A DNA stretch of 64,000 bases from an uncultured Methanoregulaceae archaeon (GCA_963701095.1 OY969564.1:544001-608000); one strand, 5' to 3'. Shown: positions 22,201 through 34,496, counted from the stretch's first letter. Made by a program: numbers and translations. The notes: generated by a model not told the origin, from the letters alone.

Positions 22201-25200
22201 CGGTCAAGCGCTATTACCGCATCCTCATATCGGGAAAGATGTACGAGATCGGTACCCATGACAAAGTGGGCGATGACATTTTCCGGGTCAAGGGAAATGG
22301 CCCGGTCAAAAAACCCGACGGCTTCTTCGTACCGCTTGAGTTCTGAAAGCGATTGCCCTTTTTTAACCAGACTGCCAATATGGTTACTATCGATTTCGAT
22401 TGCCTGATCAAAAGATAAGATGGCCTCTTCAAACTTTTTAAGGGCGAAATACGCGCAACCTTTCTCGTACTGGATTCCAACACTTGAACAACCTAGATTG
22501 AGATACCGGTCAAAAAGGGCAATAGCCTCTTCGTATTTTTCCATCCGGGATAGGATAAAACCGGCCTGTTCGAGCGCGTCAGCGTGGTTCGGACTGAGAT
22601 TAAGTGTCTTTGCAAAAGCTGTAATCGCTTTTTCATCCCGGTGAAGTTCGACATAGCAAAGGCCAAGGCGATAAAAATGCTCAGGCGAGGTGGGTTCTAC
22701 TGCACAAGCTTCTTCGTAGGTAGCTGCGGCTTCCTTGAAGCGTTTCAATGCTTCTAGCGCTTGTCCTTTTGCCGTAAGAAGGGGTATGTCACCAGGGGTG
22801 ATGGCAAGTGCACTATCAAAGGCAGAAACCGCTTCCTCGTTTTTACCGATCGCTGCAAGAGCCCGCCCTTTATGGTAGTACGCCGGCGGGTACTTAGAAA
22901 CCAGGTGAAGGATATGATCAAATGCCCCTACGGCTTCTTCATACCGTTGGAGCTCGATCAAATCAAGACCCATGTCAAACCAGGCATGCGTGTTTGAATT
23001 ATCAAGTTCAATGGAACGGGAAAGTGCAGGAACCGCATCTGCATATTCCTTGAGGGCAGAGAGTGCTACACCTTTATAATACCAGGCCTCGGCAAAATCC
23101 GGCTGGATCCCGATTGCCAGATCGGAAGCCTGAACTGATTCTTTGTCCTCTCCCAGGAAATGGAGTGATATTGCTTTATTGAGCGCCGATTCAGCGCTCC
23201 TGGGATCGTATTCAAGTGCCTTTTCAAAGGAGAGAATGGACTCTTTATACATTCCCTGTGCTGCAAACGCTACACCCCTAAGATGGTATACTGAAGCATT
23301 ACCGGGATCAACGGAGAGCGCACGATCAAAAGTTATGACGGCATCGCTGTATCGTTCAAGCTTCAAGAGAGCAGCAGCGTGATAATATACCGCCTTCTTA
23401 AGATGCGAGTCTATCCCTTCTGCCCGGGTAAGACATGTAATCGCGTCATCGTACCCGCCCAGTTCATACAATGCAAGACCCTTGTATTGGAGTGCCTCTG
23501 CAAACGAGGGATTCAGCACAAGGACATGGTCGCAGGCATCAATGACTTCGGAATAATCTCCTCAGCTCGTATAAGGCACGACCTTTCTGGAACCATGCAT
23601 CAGTATGTTCGGGATGTTCGGCAAGGACTTTGTTGAATTCTTTGACCGCCTCCCGGAACCTGCCCAAAGTTGAAAGAGATTCTCCTTTATGGAACCTCGC
23701 CGGCAGGCAGTCAGACTTTATCGAGAGCGCTGCCTCGAAAGAGAGAATTGCATCTTCAAGGTTTGCAAGACCTTCAAAGGCTCGACCCTTCTGGTAGTGG
23801 AGGTTGGGATTTTTCGGATCGATCGCAAGCGCCCGGTCCGTTGCTTCAAGTGCTTCCTGGTACCTGCCCAGGTGAGAAAGGATGAGTCCCCTGAATCGCC
23901 ACGCTTCGGTGAAGTCTTTTTGTAAGTCTGTTGCTTTTGCAATAGAGAACAATGCGTCTTCGTCCTGACCCAGGTTATGCAGGGACATAGCTTTGTTGAA
24001 TGCAGATTCCGCGCTCTCCGGATCGCATTCAAGCGCACGGTCATACGCGTAAATGGAGTCCTGGTACAGGCCCTGGGCGGCCAATGCTACACCTTTAAGG
24101 TGGTGTGCTAAAGCATTACCGGGATCAAGAGAGAGCGCACGATCAAAAGTTATGACGGCATCGCTGTATCGTTCAAGCTTTAAGAGAGCAGCGGCGTGAT
24201 AATATACCGCCTTCTTAAGATGCGAGTCAATCCCTTCTGCTCGGGTAAGAGATGTAATCGCGTCATCGTACCCGCCCATTTCATACAATGCAAGACCCCT
24301 GTATTGGAGTGCCTCTGCAAACGAGGGATTCAGCACAAGGACATGGTCGCAGGAATCAATGACTTCGGAGTATTCTCCAAGATCGTATAATGCACGGCCT
24401 TTCTGGAACCATGCATCAGCATGTTCGGGATGTTCGGCAAGGACTTTGTTAAATTCTTTGACCGCCTCCCGGAACCTGCCCAAAGTTGAAAGAGATTCTC
24501 CTTTATGGAGCCTCGCCGGCAGGCAGTCAGACTTTATCGAGAGCGCTGCCTCGTAAGAAATAATTGCATCTTCAAGTTTTGCAAGACCTTCAAAGGCACG
24601 ACCCTTCTGGTAGTGAAGGTTTGAATTTTTCGGATCGATCGCAAGCGCCCGGTCCGTTGCTTCAAGTGCTTCCTGGTACCTGCCCAGGTGAGAAAGAATG
24701 AGTCCCCTGCACCGCCACGCTTCGGTGAAGTCTTTTTGTAAGTCTGTTGCTTTTGCAATAGAGGACAATGCGTCTTCGTCCTGACCCAGGTTATGCAGGG
24801 ACATGGCTTTGTTGAATGCAGATTCCGCGCTCTCCGGATCGCATTCAAGCGCACGGTCATACGCGTATATGGAGTCCTGGTACAGGCCCTGGGCGGCCAA
24901 TGCCACACCTTTAAGGTGGTGCGCCGGCGCGTACTTGGGGAGAAGAAGCAATGTTTGATCGAATGCCTCTACGGCTTCGCGATACCGCTCCAGTTTCAGA
25001 AGTGAAGCCCCACGGTGGAATATTGCACCATCGATATGGGGATCGCTTTCAAGAGCCTGGTCAAACGATAAAATCGCTTCTTCGTACCTCCCCAGTTCAT
25101 ACAGAGCAAGTCCTTTGTGGTAATGGGCATCCGGATAACTGGACTCAATTTCAAGTGCATGATCATAGGCTTCGATAGCATCGGTGTGATCTCCGGAATC

Positions 25201-28200
25201 AAAGAGTGCCCGTCCCTTCTGGTACCAGGCATGGAAATTGTGGGGGTTCTCTGCAAGGGTCCGGTCAAAATCCCTGATGGCTTCGCCATATCTTCCTAGA
25301 TTGTACAGCGAAACCCCTTTTCGCATCCGTGCCTCAGAATACCGGGGTTTAAGCGCAAGGGTCTTTTCAAAGGCAGTAACTGCTTCCTGGTGCCGACCGA
25401 GACCATCGTATGCCCGGCCTTTCTGGAAATAGACCGGAGCATTATCCGGATCATATATCAATGCCCGGTCAAATGCATCAAGTGCTTCCTGGTATTTTCC
25501 CAGTTTGGAAAGAGCAACACCCTTGAAGTAGTATCCCGGAGAGTTGCTGGTATCCTTTTGGAGGTTTTTATCGAATGCATCTATGGATTCCTGGAATCTG
25601 CCGAGTTTGGAGAGCGCCACGCCTTTTGAATAAAAGACTTCTGTATATACCGGTTCTATGTCCAGTGCCTGATCAAACGCGTTGATTGCATCCTGGTACT
25701 TCCCGAGATCAAGAAGCATTTTTCCCTTGTTATACCATGCCGGTGCAAATGATTCCCGGATCCGTAGGGAAGATTCAAAGGCGGCAAGCGCTTCTCTTGC
25801 CTTCCCCGAATTTGCGAGGGCAAGACCCATATGGAAATGAGCTTCGCTGTTGTTTGCGTCTATTTCGATTAATACTTCAAAAACTTGAAGGGCTTCTTCA
25901 ATACGGTTAATTTTTTCAAGGGCAAACCCCTTATAAAGAAATGCGACAGTACTCCTCTGATTTAAAGTGATTGCATTGTTGAACGCATCGATGGCATCCT
26001 GATATCGTCCCAGATCGAAAAGGGCCCGGCCATCTTTGATCCAGCCCTCTTCCTGATTGGGATTCATCTGGAGCGCTTCAGCGTAGGCCTCTGCGGCTTC
26101 TCCGGTCCGTCCCAGGATATTAAGGGCATCCCCTTTTCGCATCCAAATTTCGCCGAGGTTTGGGTTAATATCCAGAGCTTTATTGAACGAGGAAACGGCA
26201 TCGACAATTCTTCCCAGATCCGCAAGAAGGATACCTTTTCGTGCCCATGCATCGGCATTGCCCGGATTGATTTCAAGGACCCGGGTGTATGCCGCCAAAG
26301 CGTCCTGTTTTTTTGCAAGACAATCGAGCGCCGTACCCTTCTGCATCCAAATCGCGACTAACGTCGGGTTTAACGAAAGGACACGATCAAATGTTTCCAC
26401 GGCCTCGGCATAGCGCTGGAGTACCATGAGCGAGTCTCCGCGGCAGAGAAGCGCTTCAAGTTGCGATGGGTTTGCCGCAAGGCTGCGGTTAAGTGACGCA
26501 ACTGCCTCTTCGTGCCGGCCCAGTTTGGCGAGGACAATCCCCTGGTACATGGACGCATCAGTTAATGCGGGATTCATGGAGATTGACGTATTAAGGGCCG
26601 CCAGTGCCTCGTTATAACGCTGGGACTGAAGAAAGGCTATTCCCTGGTAATAATAGGTCGAGGCATTTGCAGAGTCAAGGACAAGGGCATCAGAAAATGC
26701 CCGGATGGCATCCTCGAAACGGTCACATTCCAACAGGGAGATCCCCATGTAATGGTGGGCAAGTGCATTTGCCGGGTTGTAGTCAAGCGATCGTTCGAAC
26801 GCAACGACGGCCTCATCGAATCGTTCCCTGCCCGCGTAGGCAATGCCCAGATAATAGAGAGCCTGGTGGTTATCCGGTTCCTGTACCAGCAGCCGTTCAA
26901 AGGTCTTTATAGCATCCTCATACCGTTCGCGTTGGGCAAGGGCAATCCCTTTCTGGTACAGGGTCTTTGGATTATCAGGTTCAATCTCCAGTGCCTGATC
27001 GTACGAGATGATTGCTTCGAGCTGTTTACCGAGACGGGAAAGTGCATTGCCTTTCTCAAAAAAAGCACTTGCACAGCGACGGTTGATTTCAAGGACCCGA
27101 TCAAATGCCCTGGTTGCCTCTTCGTACCGGGAGAGTTCGGAAAGAGCGATGCCTTTGTAATACCATGCCTTTTCATCTCGAGGTGCCATCTCGATGGCAC
27201 GGTTCAGGCCGGTTATTGCGTCGGCATACCTGCCAAGGTACACGAGAGCTGTGCCCCGGCGAACCAGTGCCTGCACATTTTTTGGATTAATGCCGATGAC
27301 CCGGTCAAAGGCCTCAATTGCTTCATGAGCGAGACCAAGCTCCACATAACAAAGCCCGATTGAGTACCAGCCATCAGAAAGATGGGGTTCCTGCTCCACC
27401 GCAGATTCAAAGGCAATGACCGCATCTCTCCACTTTTCCATTGCCATGAGGGCAAGTCCTTTTTCATAGAGGGCTTTTGTATTCTGTGGGGAAAGTGCGA
27501 GTACAGCATCGTATGCTGCAGCGGCATCTGCATACTGCTCCTGTTTAAAGAGTACTGTTCCCCGTTGATAAAGGGCAAGGGTATGTGAAGGATCAATTGC
27601 TATAGCATGGTCAAAAGATATGAGTGCCTCATCCAGCATACCCAATTTAACAAGAGCCACGCCCTTGTTGTAATAGGCATTAACGTAGTTGGGATAGATG
27701 CTAATTGCATCGTCGAGTGCTTCTATCGCTGGCTGAAACCGCTCTGCCTTTAACAGGGCACTGCCTTTGTCATAATAGACCTGTGCATTGTCAGGCCGAA
27801 GGGCTATGCTTTTATTGAACGCTTCGAGAGCTTCATCAATCTTCCCGGTTTTAACAAGGATCTGACCTTTCTGGTGGTACGCCTGAGCATTACTGGGGTT
27901 TTCATTTAAGACACGATCGAACTCTAAAAGGGCTTCTTCACTGTTCCCAAGTTTAGCAAGGGCAAACCCCTTGTGATACACGGCATCCGAATAGTCAGGC
28001 CGGATTTTAAGTGCGCGGTTATACGCGGTGACTGCTTCACCAAACCGGCCGAGGCTGGCAGACGCAAGTCCTATCTGGTATGCGGCCGAGGCACAGCCGT
28101 GATCAATTGCAAGAGTATGTTCAAAAGCGCTAATTGCTTCGTCTTGTCTTCCGAGCCTCGAGAGTACAATCCCCCGGAAATAGGATGCCCCGGCATGGTC

Positions 28201-29331
28201 ATTTTGTCGGGAAAGAATCTGGTCAAACGCGCTAAGTGCATCATCATACCTGCTCAGGTAGATGCAGGAGACGCCTCGGCCATAGATAGCCTCTTCGTTA
28301 TCCGGTTCGGCTGCCAAAGCCCGGTCAAAATCCGCAACCGCTTCCTTAAACTTTTTCAGGTATCGGTTCGCTTTTCCCCGGATAAAATAGATCCTGACGT
28401 TTTGCGGTGCGAGCTCTGCCGCTTTATCAAGAGCGTATGCAGCGTCCTCGTACCGACCCAGCTCAAAAAGAGAATATCCTTTGTAGATCCATGCATCCGC
28501 AACGAGAGGATTTTGTAAGATCGCCTGATCGACAGACTTCACTGCTTCTGCATACTTACTGGTTCGGAACTGGGAAATACCCCGGATTATCCAGATATCT
28601 GCATGTTCGGGTTCGGATGCAAGAAATGTCGCAGCTGCATCCGCAGCTTCTGCATAGCGTTCCTGTTTTGCAAGGATGAACGTCCGGTAATACCATACCC
28701 ATACATCAGAAGGATCGAGGGCGTAAGCTTTTTCAAAAGCATCGAGGGCTTCTTCAAATCTCCCGCTGTCATACAGGGAGATGCCCATGTTGTAAAACGC
28801 CTTTGAATACCCGGGAATTAACGCGATTGCTTTTTCGTAGGCCGTAATGGCCTCTTCATGCCTGCCAAGATCTGCCAAGGCAATAGCTTTGTTGTAATAC
28901 ACTTTTGCGTGGTTGGGATCAATGGTAAGCGCATGATCATATGCCGATATTGCATCCTGGAACCGGCCAAGTTCGTAAAAGGCAATGCCCTTGAGGATCC
29001 ATGCCTCAGCGTTGTCGTATTTGAGGGCGATAAGACGATCGCAGGCATCAAGTGCTTCCTTGTTCCTGCCAATCTGTGCTAACGTGGCGGCCTTGTTATA
29101 CCATGAATTAATGTCAGATGGATCGAGGGTAAGCGCACTATCGTAGGATTCGATAGATTCCTCATACCTGCCAAGATCATACAGTGCGATGCCTTTGAAA
29201 TAATGGGCTTTTGGCAGGCGGGGAAAAAGCGTGAGTGCCCGGTCAAACATGACAACCGCCTCTTGGTGTCTGCCGAGATCATAAAGTTCGATACCCTGCC
29301 GCATCAGTGCTTCAGCATCACTTCTGCTCAT
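16275..29331 (-). CDS. Giant tetratricopeptide-repeat protein (~4,351 aa, ~128 TPRs); frameshift at ~23562
   Basis: Both ORFs (1930 aa and 2414 aa) are uninterrupted 34-aa TPR arrays (W..KG..L..LG.Y.EA...FD.AL...P). Removing one base beside AGCT 23564-23567 fuses them in register (YELGDYSEVIDACDHVLVLNPSF). Confidence 0.88.
23295..24923. repeat. Near-identical 816-bp (8 x TPR) tandem duplication inside the giant TPR gene
   Basis: ccctgggcggccaatgc occurs at 24071 and 24887 (offset 816). tcatacaatgcaagaccc occurs at 23464 and 24281 (offset 817, spanning the extra base). End points are approximate. Confidence 0.9.
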
Positions 29332-29506
29332 TGATTGTTGTCGCCTCTCTCTTTGTAAATTGAAAATTCATCGTACCGCGTGACGTATATACGCGTGGGA
29401 AAATGTGCCTTATACCTTTTCCGGTATATATATGTACACTACCATTAATGAATACTATTTTTATAGACTATCGTTTGCATATATGCCTGCTCCCCCAGCC
29501 CGAATT

Positions 29507-30709
29507 TTACCTGTTAAAGGATTGTATTACTTTACTAAGCCTTTCAACACCCTCGGTTATCCTTGCGGGTGTTGCATTGGAAAAGTTCAGCCGCAGGGTA
29601 TCTGTACCCCCGCCATCGACATAGAAGGGTAAACCCGGGAGGACCGCAACCTGCTTTTTGAGCGCTTCAGTAAAGACATCAACGGCCGGGCAACCGACCG
29701 GCAGGGTGACCCAGACAAACATACCTCCTTCAGGTTGTGACCAGCTGACACTAGCGGGCAGATTGTCCTGCATTGCATCAATCATGGCATGAGCCTGCTC
29801 ATGGTAAGCAGCACGTATTTTCCCGATATGGACATCAAGATCTGCCTCTTCAAGATACCGTGAGGCAATCCGTTGTGACAGGTAATTTGAATGGAGGTCG
29901 GAGGCCTGTTTTGCGATAATCAGCTGGTCCATGATCTGCCGGGGGGCGCAGACCCAGCCAAGGCGCATGCCAGGGGCTATGATCTTTGAGAACGATCCGG
30001 TCAGAATGGTTTGATCCGGCAGATATTTTTTTATCGGGGGAAGTGATTTTCCTGAGAAATGAAGTTCGCCATAAGCATCATCCTCAACGATAATCGTATT
30101 AGTGCCTTTGAGAATCTCTGCGCAGATCTTCCGGCATGCCACGGAATAGGTAATTCCCGAAGGATTCTGCGAGTTTGGGATACCATAAAAGAGTTTCGTG
30201 TCGTATCCGGAAACTGCCGATTCAAAGGCTGCCGTATCCATTCCACCTGCATTGAGATTAACGGGGACAAAAACCGGCTCATACAGAGAAAAGACCTGGA
30301 TCGCGCCAAGGTAGCCGGGACGTTCGATAATGATGCGATCACCGGGATCAATAAGGACCTTCCCGATTAGATCGAGACACTGCTGTGAGCCATTGGTAAT
30401 GAGGATCTCATCAGGAGAAATCGCTAGACCCAGCCGTTTTTTGTACCGGTCTGCAATGAATCGCCGGAGTGGAAGGTATCCTTCTATGGTAGAATACTGT
30501 AGGGCGGTCCTGCCGTCGCTTGCAAAAACATCTGCCGCGGCCTGTGCCAGTCCTTTAACATCGATAAGACCGGGGTTTGGCAGACCGCCGGCAAAAGAAA
30601 TAATTTCCGGATTTTCCGTGACCTTGAGAATCTCCCTAATAAATGATTTGGGTGTCGCAAGCATCCGCCGGGCAAATACAGTTGGCGTTTTGATTGGCCA
30701 GTGTGTCAT
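29507..30709 (-). CDS. PLP-dependent aminotransferase, MocR/LysN (2-aminoadipate/aromatic) type
   Basis: SFIREILK, ISFAGGLP, ITNGSQQ, QNPSG, EDDAY, GSFSKIIAPGMRLGW, PEGGMF, LRLNFS. Start uncertain (30709-30760). Confidence 0.9.
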   Translation of the reverse strand: MTHWPIKTPTVFARRMLATPKSFIREILKVTENPEIISFAGGLPNPGLIDVKGLAQAAADVFASDGRTALQYSTIEGYLPLRRFIADRYKKRLGLAISPDEILITNGSQQCLDLIGKVLIDPGDRIIIERPGYLGAIQVFSLYEPVFVPVNLNAGGMDTAAFESAVSGYDTKLFYGIPNSQNPSGITYSVACRKICAEILKGTNTIIVEDDAYGELHFSGKSLPPIKKYLPDQTILTGSFSKIIAPGMRLGWVCAPRQIMDQLIIAKQASDLHSNYLSQRIASRYLEEADLDVHIGKIRAAYHEQAHAMIDAMQDNLPASVSWSQPEGGMFVWVTLPVGCPAVDVFTEALKKQVAVLPGLPFYVDGGGTDTLRLNFSNATPARITEGVERLSKVIQSFNR

Positions 30710-30865
30710 ATTCCGGACATTTTTTGTTTTTTTATCCATAAATCCGGTTTCCTGTAACAATTTCTCTGGATTATATGAACTCGCACAATAAACGGCTTTC
30801 TCCAGAATAACACTTCAAAAGACTTTTTACCCTTAGCTGCACATCGTTTTCATAAGGTATCTTGT

Positions 30866-31156
30866 ATGACTGTCATTAAGAGTATTGACATTATTTCATG
30901 GGCAAAGATCCATGCATTATTTGGTATCGTTTTTGGCCTGATCTACGGTATTGTGATTGCCATTATGGGCGCTGCAATCGGTGCTAAGTATGCGATGCCT
31001 GGTGTTACGGCCTTTGGCCTGCTCTCCATCATTATCTTCCCCATTATCTTTGGGATATTGAGTTTTATCATCGGTGCAATTATGGCATACCTCTACAACA
31101 TCTTTGCAGGAAGCGTTGGCGGTATCGAAATCGAGCTCGTCGAGAAAAAAGCATAA
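30866..31156 (+). CDS. Small two-TM membrane protein (DUF3566-like)
   Basis: IKSIDIISWAK N-terminus, two hydrophobic helices, YN.FA..VGGIEIEL C-terminus. Confidence 0.65.
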   Translation: MTVIKSIDIISWAKIHALFGIVFGLIYGIVIAIMGAAIGAKYAMPGVTAFGLLSIIIFPIIFGILSFIIGAIMAYLYNIFAGSVGGIEIELVEKKA

Positions 31157-31230
31157 TCTTCTTTTTTTTATCTTGTATTGCTGAATTAAGGTGAGAATAC
31201 ATACTTGGGGCTATCTTTAAAGGATTTAAA

Positions 31231-31250
31231 AATGTGGGGTCTCCCCAAAC
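31231..31250. promoter_or_regulatory. Candidate DtxR-family operator upstream of the regulator gene
   Basis: aatgTGGGGtctCCCCAaac palindrome just downstream of TTTAAA elements; similar to the site at 31771-31790. Confidence 0.5.
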
Positions 31251-31282
31251 CTTATGTCATACTACTTCCTATATCAGCAATC

Positions 31283-31708
31283 ATGGATGTAGGAGACGGG
31301 TGCGGGCTGTCGCCGCGAAAAGTACACTACCTAAAATTTCTTCACGCGAAAGGGGGAAGGGTTAGAACTACTGATATCGCCAGGGAATTTGCTGTAGATC
31401 CATCAACAATAACAAAAACAATCCAGGAACTCTGTGTAACTGGTCTTGTCACCCATAAACCATACCATGGGATAGGTCTTTCAAGTTCGGGGAAAGTGTA
31501 TGTGGATTTCCTCATCCGCCGTCATCGTATCCTGAGCCTGATGCTCACCCATTACGGGTTCTCACACGATCAGGCATGTGAAGAAGCCTCACGATTTGAG
31601 TCGCTGGTGACAAAAGCGGCAATCGACCGTATCTGCGTTGCGATGGGCCATCCGAGCCATGGTATATGCGGAGAGATTACCCATGACGATGGGTGCCTTG
31701 ATACCTAA
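31283..31708 (+). CDS. DtxR/MntR-family metal-dependent transcriptional regulator
   Basis: YL..L, VRTTDIA...VDPSTIT HTH, PYHGI.L, RRHRIL...L, ACEEA; adjacent to a metal ABC importer. Confidence 0.88.
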   Translation: MDVGDGCGLSPRKVHYLKFLHAKGGRVRTTDIAREFAVDPSTITKTIQELCVTGLVTHKPYHGIGLSSSGKVYVDFLIRRHRILSLMLTHYGFSHDQACEEASRFESLVTKAAIDRICVAMGHPSHGICGEITHDDGCLDT

Positions 31709-31770
31709 ACAGAATTTTGAAAAATCTTTCATCCACATCAAAATTGATAACAATGGCTTGTGCCCTTGAA

Positions 31771-31790
31771 AAGTTGGGGATATTCCAAAT
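31771..31790. promoter_or_regulatory. Candidate DtxR-family operator upstream of the metal-binding protein gene
   Basis: aagtTGGGGataTTCCAaat, immediately upstream of a TATA-like TTAATATATA at ~31800. Confidence 0.5.
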
Positions 31791-31867
31791 TTTGCATAAT
31801 TAATATATAATCAACCAGCGACATACGCTCTGGATTCCACACAGGAACTTCAGGGAAGTACTTTCTC

Positions 31868-32833
31868 ATGACACTACGAATAACCAAGATACTCCTTGCA
31901 GCTGTATTGGTATTTATGGTTCTCCTTGCCGTCATTATCCTAGTACCGACCCTGATCTCTTCACCTGTGTCTGCCCAAACCGGATTCGGTGAAAAACTCC
32001 AGGTGATAACTTCGTTTCGTCCCATCACTTTTCTTGTCCTCCCGGTTGCCGGGAATTATGCACAGGTAACCCAGCTCCTTCCTCCCGGTGCTGAACCTCA
32101 TGAATATGATCCAACACCAGCAGATGCAATGACTCTCGCGAAAGGGAAAATTTTGTTTTATGACGGTCCTTTTATGGAACCGTGGGTGGAAAACCTTGCA
32201 GATTCAGCCAATCCGGATATTGTCAAGGCACCTTTCATCGATTCAATTCCTCCCGATGTTCTTGCCCAGATGAAAAACGCAGATCCGGCCTTCCCTGATA
32301 CAAACCAGGACCCTCATCTCTGGCTGTCACCGCCACTCACTGAGTATTATGTCAGTTACATCACCACGCAGCTATCAAATGCAGACCCGGCCAATGCATC
32401 TGGATATCAGCATAACGCAGATGTTTTTGAAGGGCGCCTTAAAAGCCTCGATCACGATTATGCGATTGGTCTTTCCAATTGTTCAACAAGGACGTTTTTG
32501 ACATCCCATGCATTCCTGGATTACCAGGCCGCCGCTTACAACCTTACGGCACTTTCAATTACAGGTCTCAGCCCGGATGCTGAACCGTCAGTTCAGCAGA
32601 TGGCAAGGATACTCAATGAATCAAAAATGGATAATGTGGAGGGGATCCTTGCAGAGACAGATGAAGTCCAGGCGCTGAGCCAGTCTGTTGCTACGGAGCT
32701 AAATCTTCCTTTATATCCTTACTCTACGATGGAAATACTACCGGCCGGGCCGGTAAATGCAAGCGATAACGATTATATTGATATCATGGAAAATAACCTC
32801 CAGCAGATGAGGATGGCTCTTGGATGTCGGTAA
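31868..32833 (+). CDS. znuA: Zn/Mn ABC transporter substrate-binding protein (ZnuA/TroA family)
   Basis: PPGAEPHEYDPTP, DPHLWLSP, DPANA..Y..N, TSHAFLDY, EPS motifs; N-terminal TM anchor. Confidence 0.9.
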   Translation: MTLRITKILLAAVLVFMVLLAVIILVPTLISSPVSAQTGFGEKLQVITSFRPITFLVLPVAGNYAQVTQLLPPGAEPHEYDPTPADAMTLAKGKILFYDGPFMEPWVENLADSANPDIVKAPFIDSIPPDVLAQMKNADPAFPDTNQDPHLWLSPPLTEYYVSYITTQLSNADPANASGYQHNADVFEGRLKSLDHDYAIGLSNCSTRTFLTSHAFLDYQAAAYNLTALSITGLSPDAEPSVQQMARILNESKMDNVEGILAETDEVQALSQSVATELNLPLYPYSTMEILPAGPVNASDNDYIDIMENNLQQMRMALGCR

Positions 32834-33585
32834 CCATTCCCCATGATCACCCGGTATGCCTGAAGGCAAATAAGGTCAGTTTTTCGTACGGCAGCGAACG
32901 AGTGCTTGAAGACATATCGCTTAGCATCGGGCAGGAAGAATTCGTAGGGATCGCCGGACTGAACGGTTCGGGAAAAACAACTCTTTTAAAAATCCTTGTC
33001 GGTCTTCTCAAACCTGACACGGGAATGGTAGAATTCACCTGCCACAAAGGGGACTGCGAAGGTATGTTTCCCTGCAGGCCCTGTATCGGGTATGTTCCCC
33101 AGCTTGCAGTACTTCGACAGCAACAGTTCCCGGTGACCGTCCGCGAGGTAGTCGCGATGGGTACTTACGGTCAGTCCGGCCTTTTTTCACGACCGACAAA
33201 AAACGACAACAAGATAGTTGAAACAACAATTGATGAAGCAGGGCTCCGACGGGTCTCAGGGGAACTTTTTTGTGATCTTTCGGGAGGACAGCAGCAGCGG
33301 GTGCTCATCGCCCGGGCCCTTGTCGGCAACCCTCATATCCTTGCCCTTGACGAACCAACGAATGGCGTCGATGCCAAAAGCAAGGAGGATTTCTATTCCC
33401 TGCTTGCCCACCTTCATATTACCCACAAGCTTACTGTTCTCCTCATTCTCCACGATCTCACGGAGCTGAGCCGGACCATGGAAAGGATAGTGTTCCTGCA
33501 CCACCGAATCCTTTTTGATGGCCCAACAGCCGCAATCGGGGAAAAAGGGCTCTGGGATCTCATGATCCGGGCTGGGAATCAATGA
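32824..33585 (+). CDS. znuC: Zn/Mn ABC transporter ATP-binding protein
   Basis: GLNGSGKTT, IGYVPQ, FPVTVREVV, LSGGQQQRVLIARAL, LDEPT. Confidence 0.9.
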   Translation: MSVTIPHDHPVCLKANKVSFSYGSERVLEDISLSIGQEEFVGIAGLNGSGKTTLLKILVGLLKPDTGMVEFTCHKGDCEGMFPCRPCIGYVPQLAVLRQQQFPVTVREVVAMGTYGQSGLFSRPTKNDNKIVETTIDEAGLRRVSGELFCDLSGGQQQRVLIARALVGNPHILALDEPTNGVDAKSKEDFYSLLAHLHITHKLTVLLILHDLTELSRTMERIVFLHHRILFDGPTAAIGEKGLWDLMIRAGNQ

Positions 33586-33591
33586 GATGAT

Positions 33592-34496
33592 TTGGATATG
33601 GTACTTGAATTCCTGATGTATAAGTTCGGTATCCGGGCTCTTATTGGAGGGCTGATCGTTGCCGTCACCTGCGCAAGTCTCGGAGTATTTATTGTACTGC
33701 GCCGGCTGTCCCTTATTGCAGATGGCCTTGGCCACGTCGCTTTCGGTGGTATTGCCCTTGGATTCTGGACAGGGATATATCCCCTCTATACGGCTGTTGC
33801 CTCAGTCATTGCCGGATCGCTTGGAATCCATGCACTTGGCCGGCTCCGGGTCGCCTCAGATGCAGCGATAGCTATTATGTTCTCTGCCGGCCTCGCAATC
33901 GGCGTTGTCCTTATTAGTTTAGCACAGTCTGCACCTGCCGATCTCCTCTCATACCTGTTTGGGACTATCCTTGGAATCAATGACAATGATGTCATTCTTG
34001 CAGCCTGTCTTGGGATCATTGTGCTTGTGCTCCTTTCCCTTTTGTGGAAGGAATGGATCGCTATAACCCTTGACCCGGATTTTGCCCGGTCGCCGGGATG
34101 CCCGTATCCATTCTTGAAATACTCTTTACGATCCTTGTCGGACTGACTGTTGTCGTCACTACACGTCTTGTCGGTGTGCTCCTTGTGTCAAGCTTGATGG
34201 TCATACCGGCAATAGCAGCAATCCAGCTCCGGCTCCCTTTCCGCAGGACCGTATTTGCAGCGCTGTGTATGGCAATTATTTCAGTCATTGTTGGGCTCCA
34301 GCTCTCCTTTTCGTATAACCTTGCGTCTGGAGGGGCAATCGTTCTTGTCACCATTGTTTTCTTTATCCTAACAACACTTGTATCCCGGCTTTTACCCCGT
34401 ATCAAACGGGAACTCCCGGTTGAACCCTGGGAACACCAGTGCCTGGTACCTCTGTATGAGCCCGCTGATAAGAAAAACGGTGAAAATAAGATATAA
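33592..34496 (+). CDS. znuB: Zn/Mn ABC transporter permease; frameshift near 34089
   Basis: LGVFIVLRRLSLIADGLGHVAFGG, LLSYLFG, DPDFAR|VAGMPV, VGVLLVSSLMVIP. The two ORFs join at CCGG 34086-34089. Confidence 0.88.

Noticed and set aside
16298..29282. Numerous short alternative-frame and antisense ORFs within the TPR gene and other long CDSs
   Set aside because: They are shadow ORFs with no recognisable motifs that fully overlap well-supported genes.
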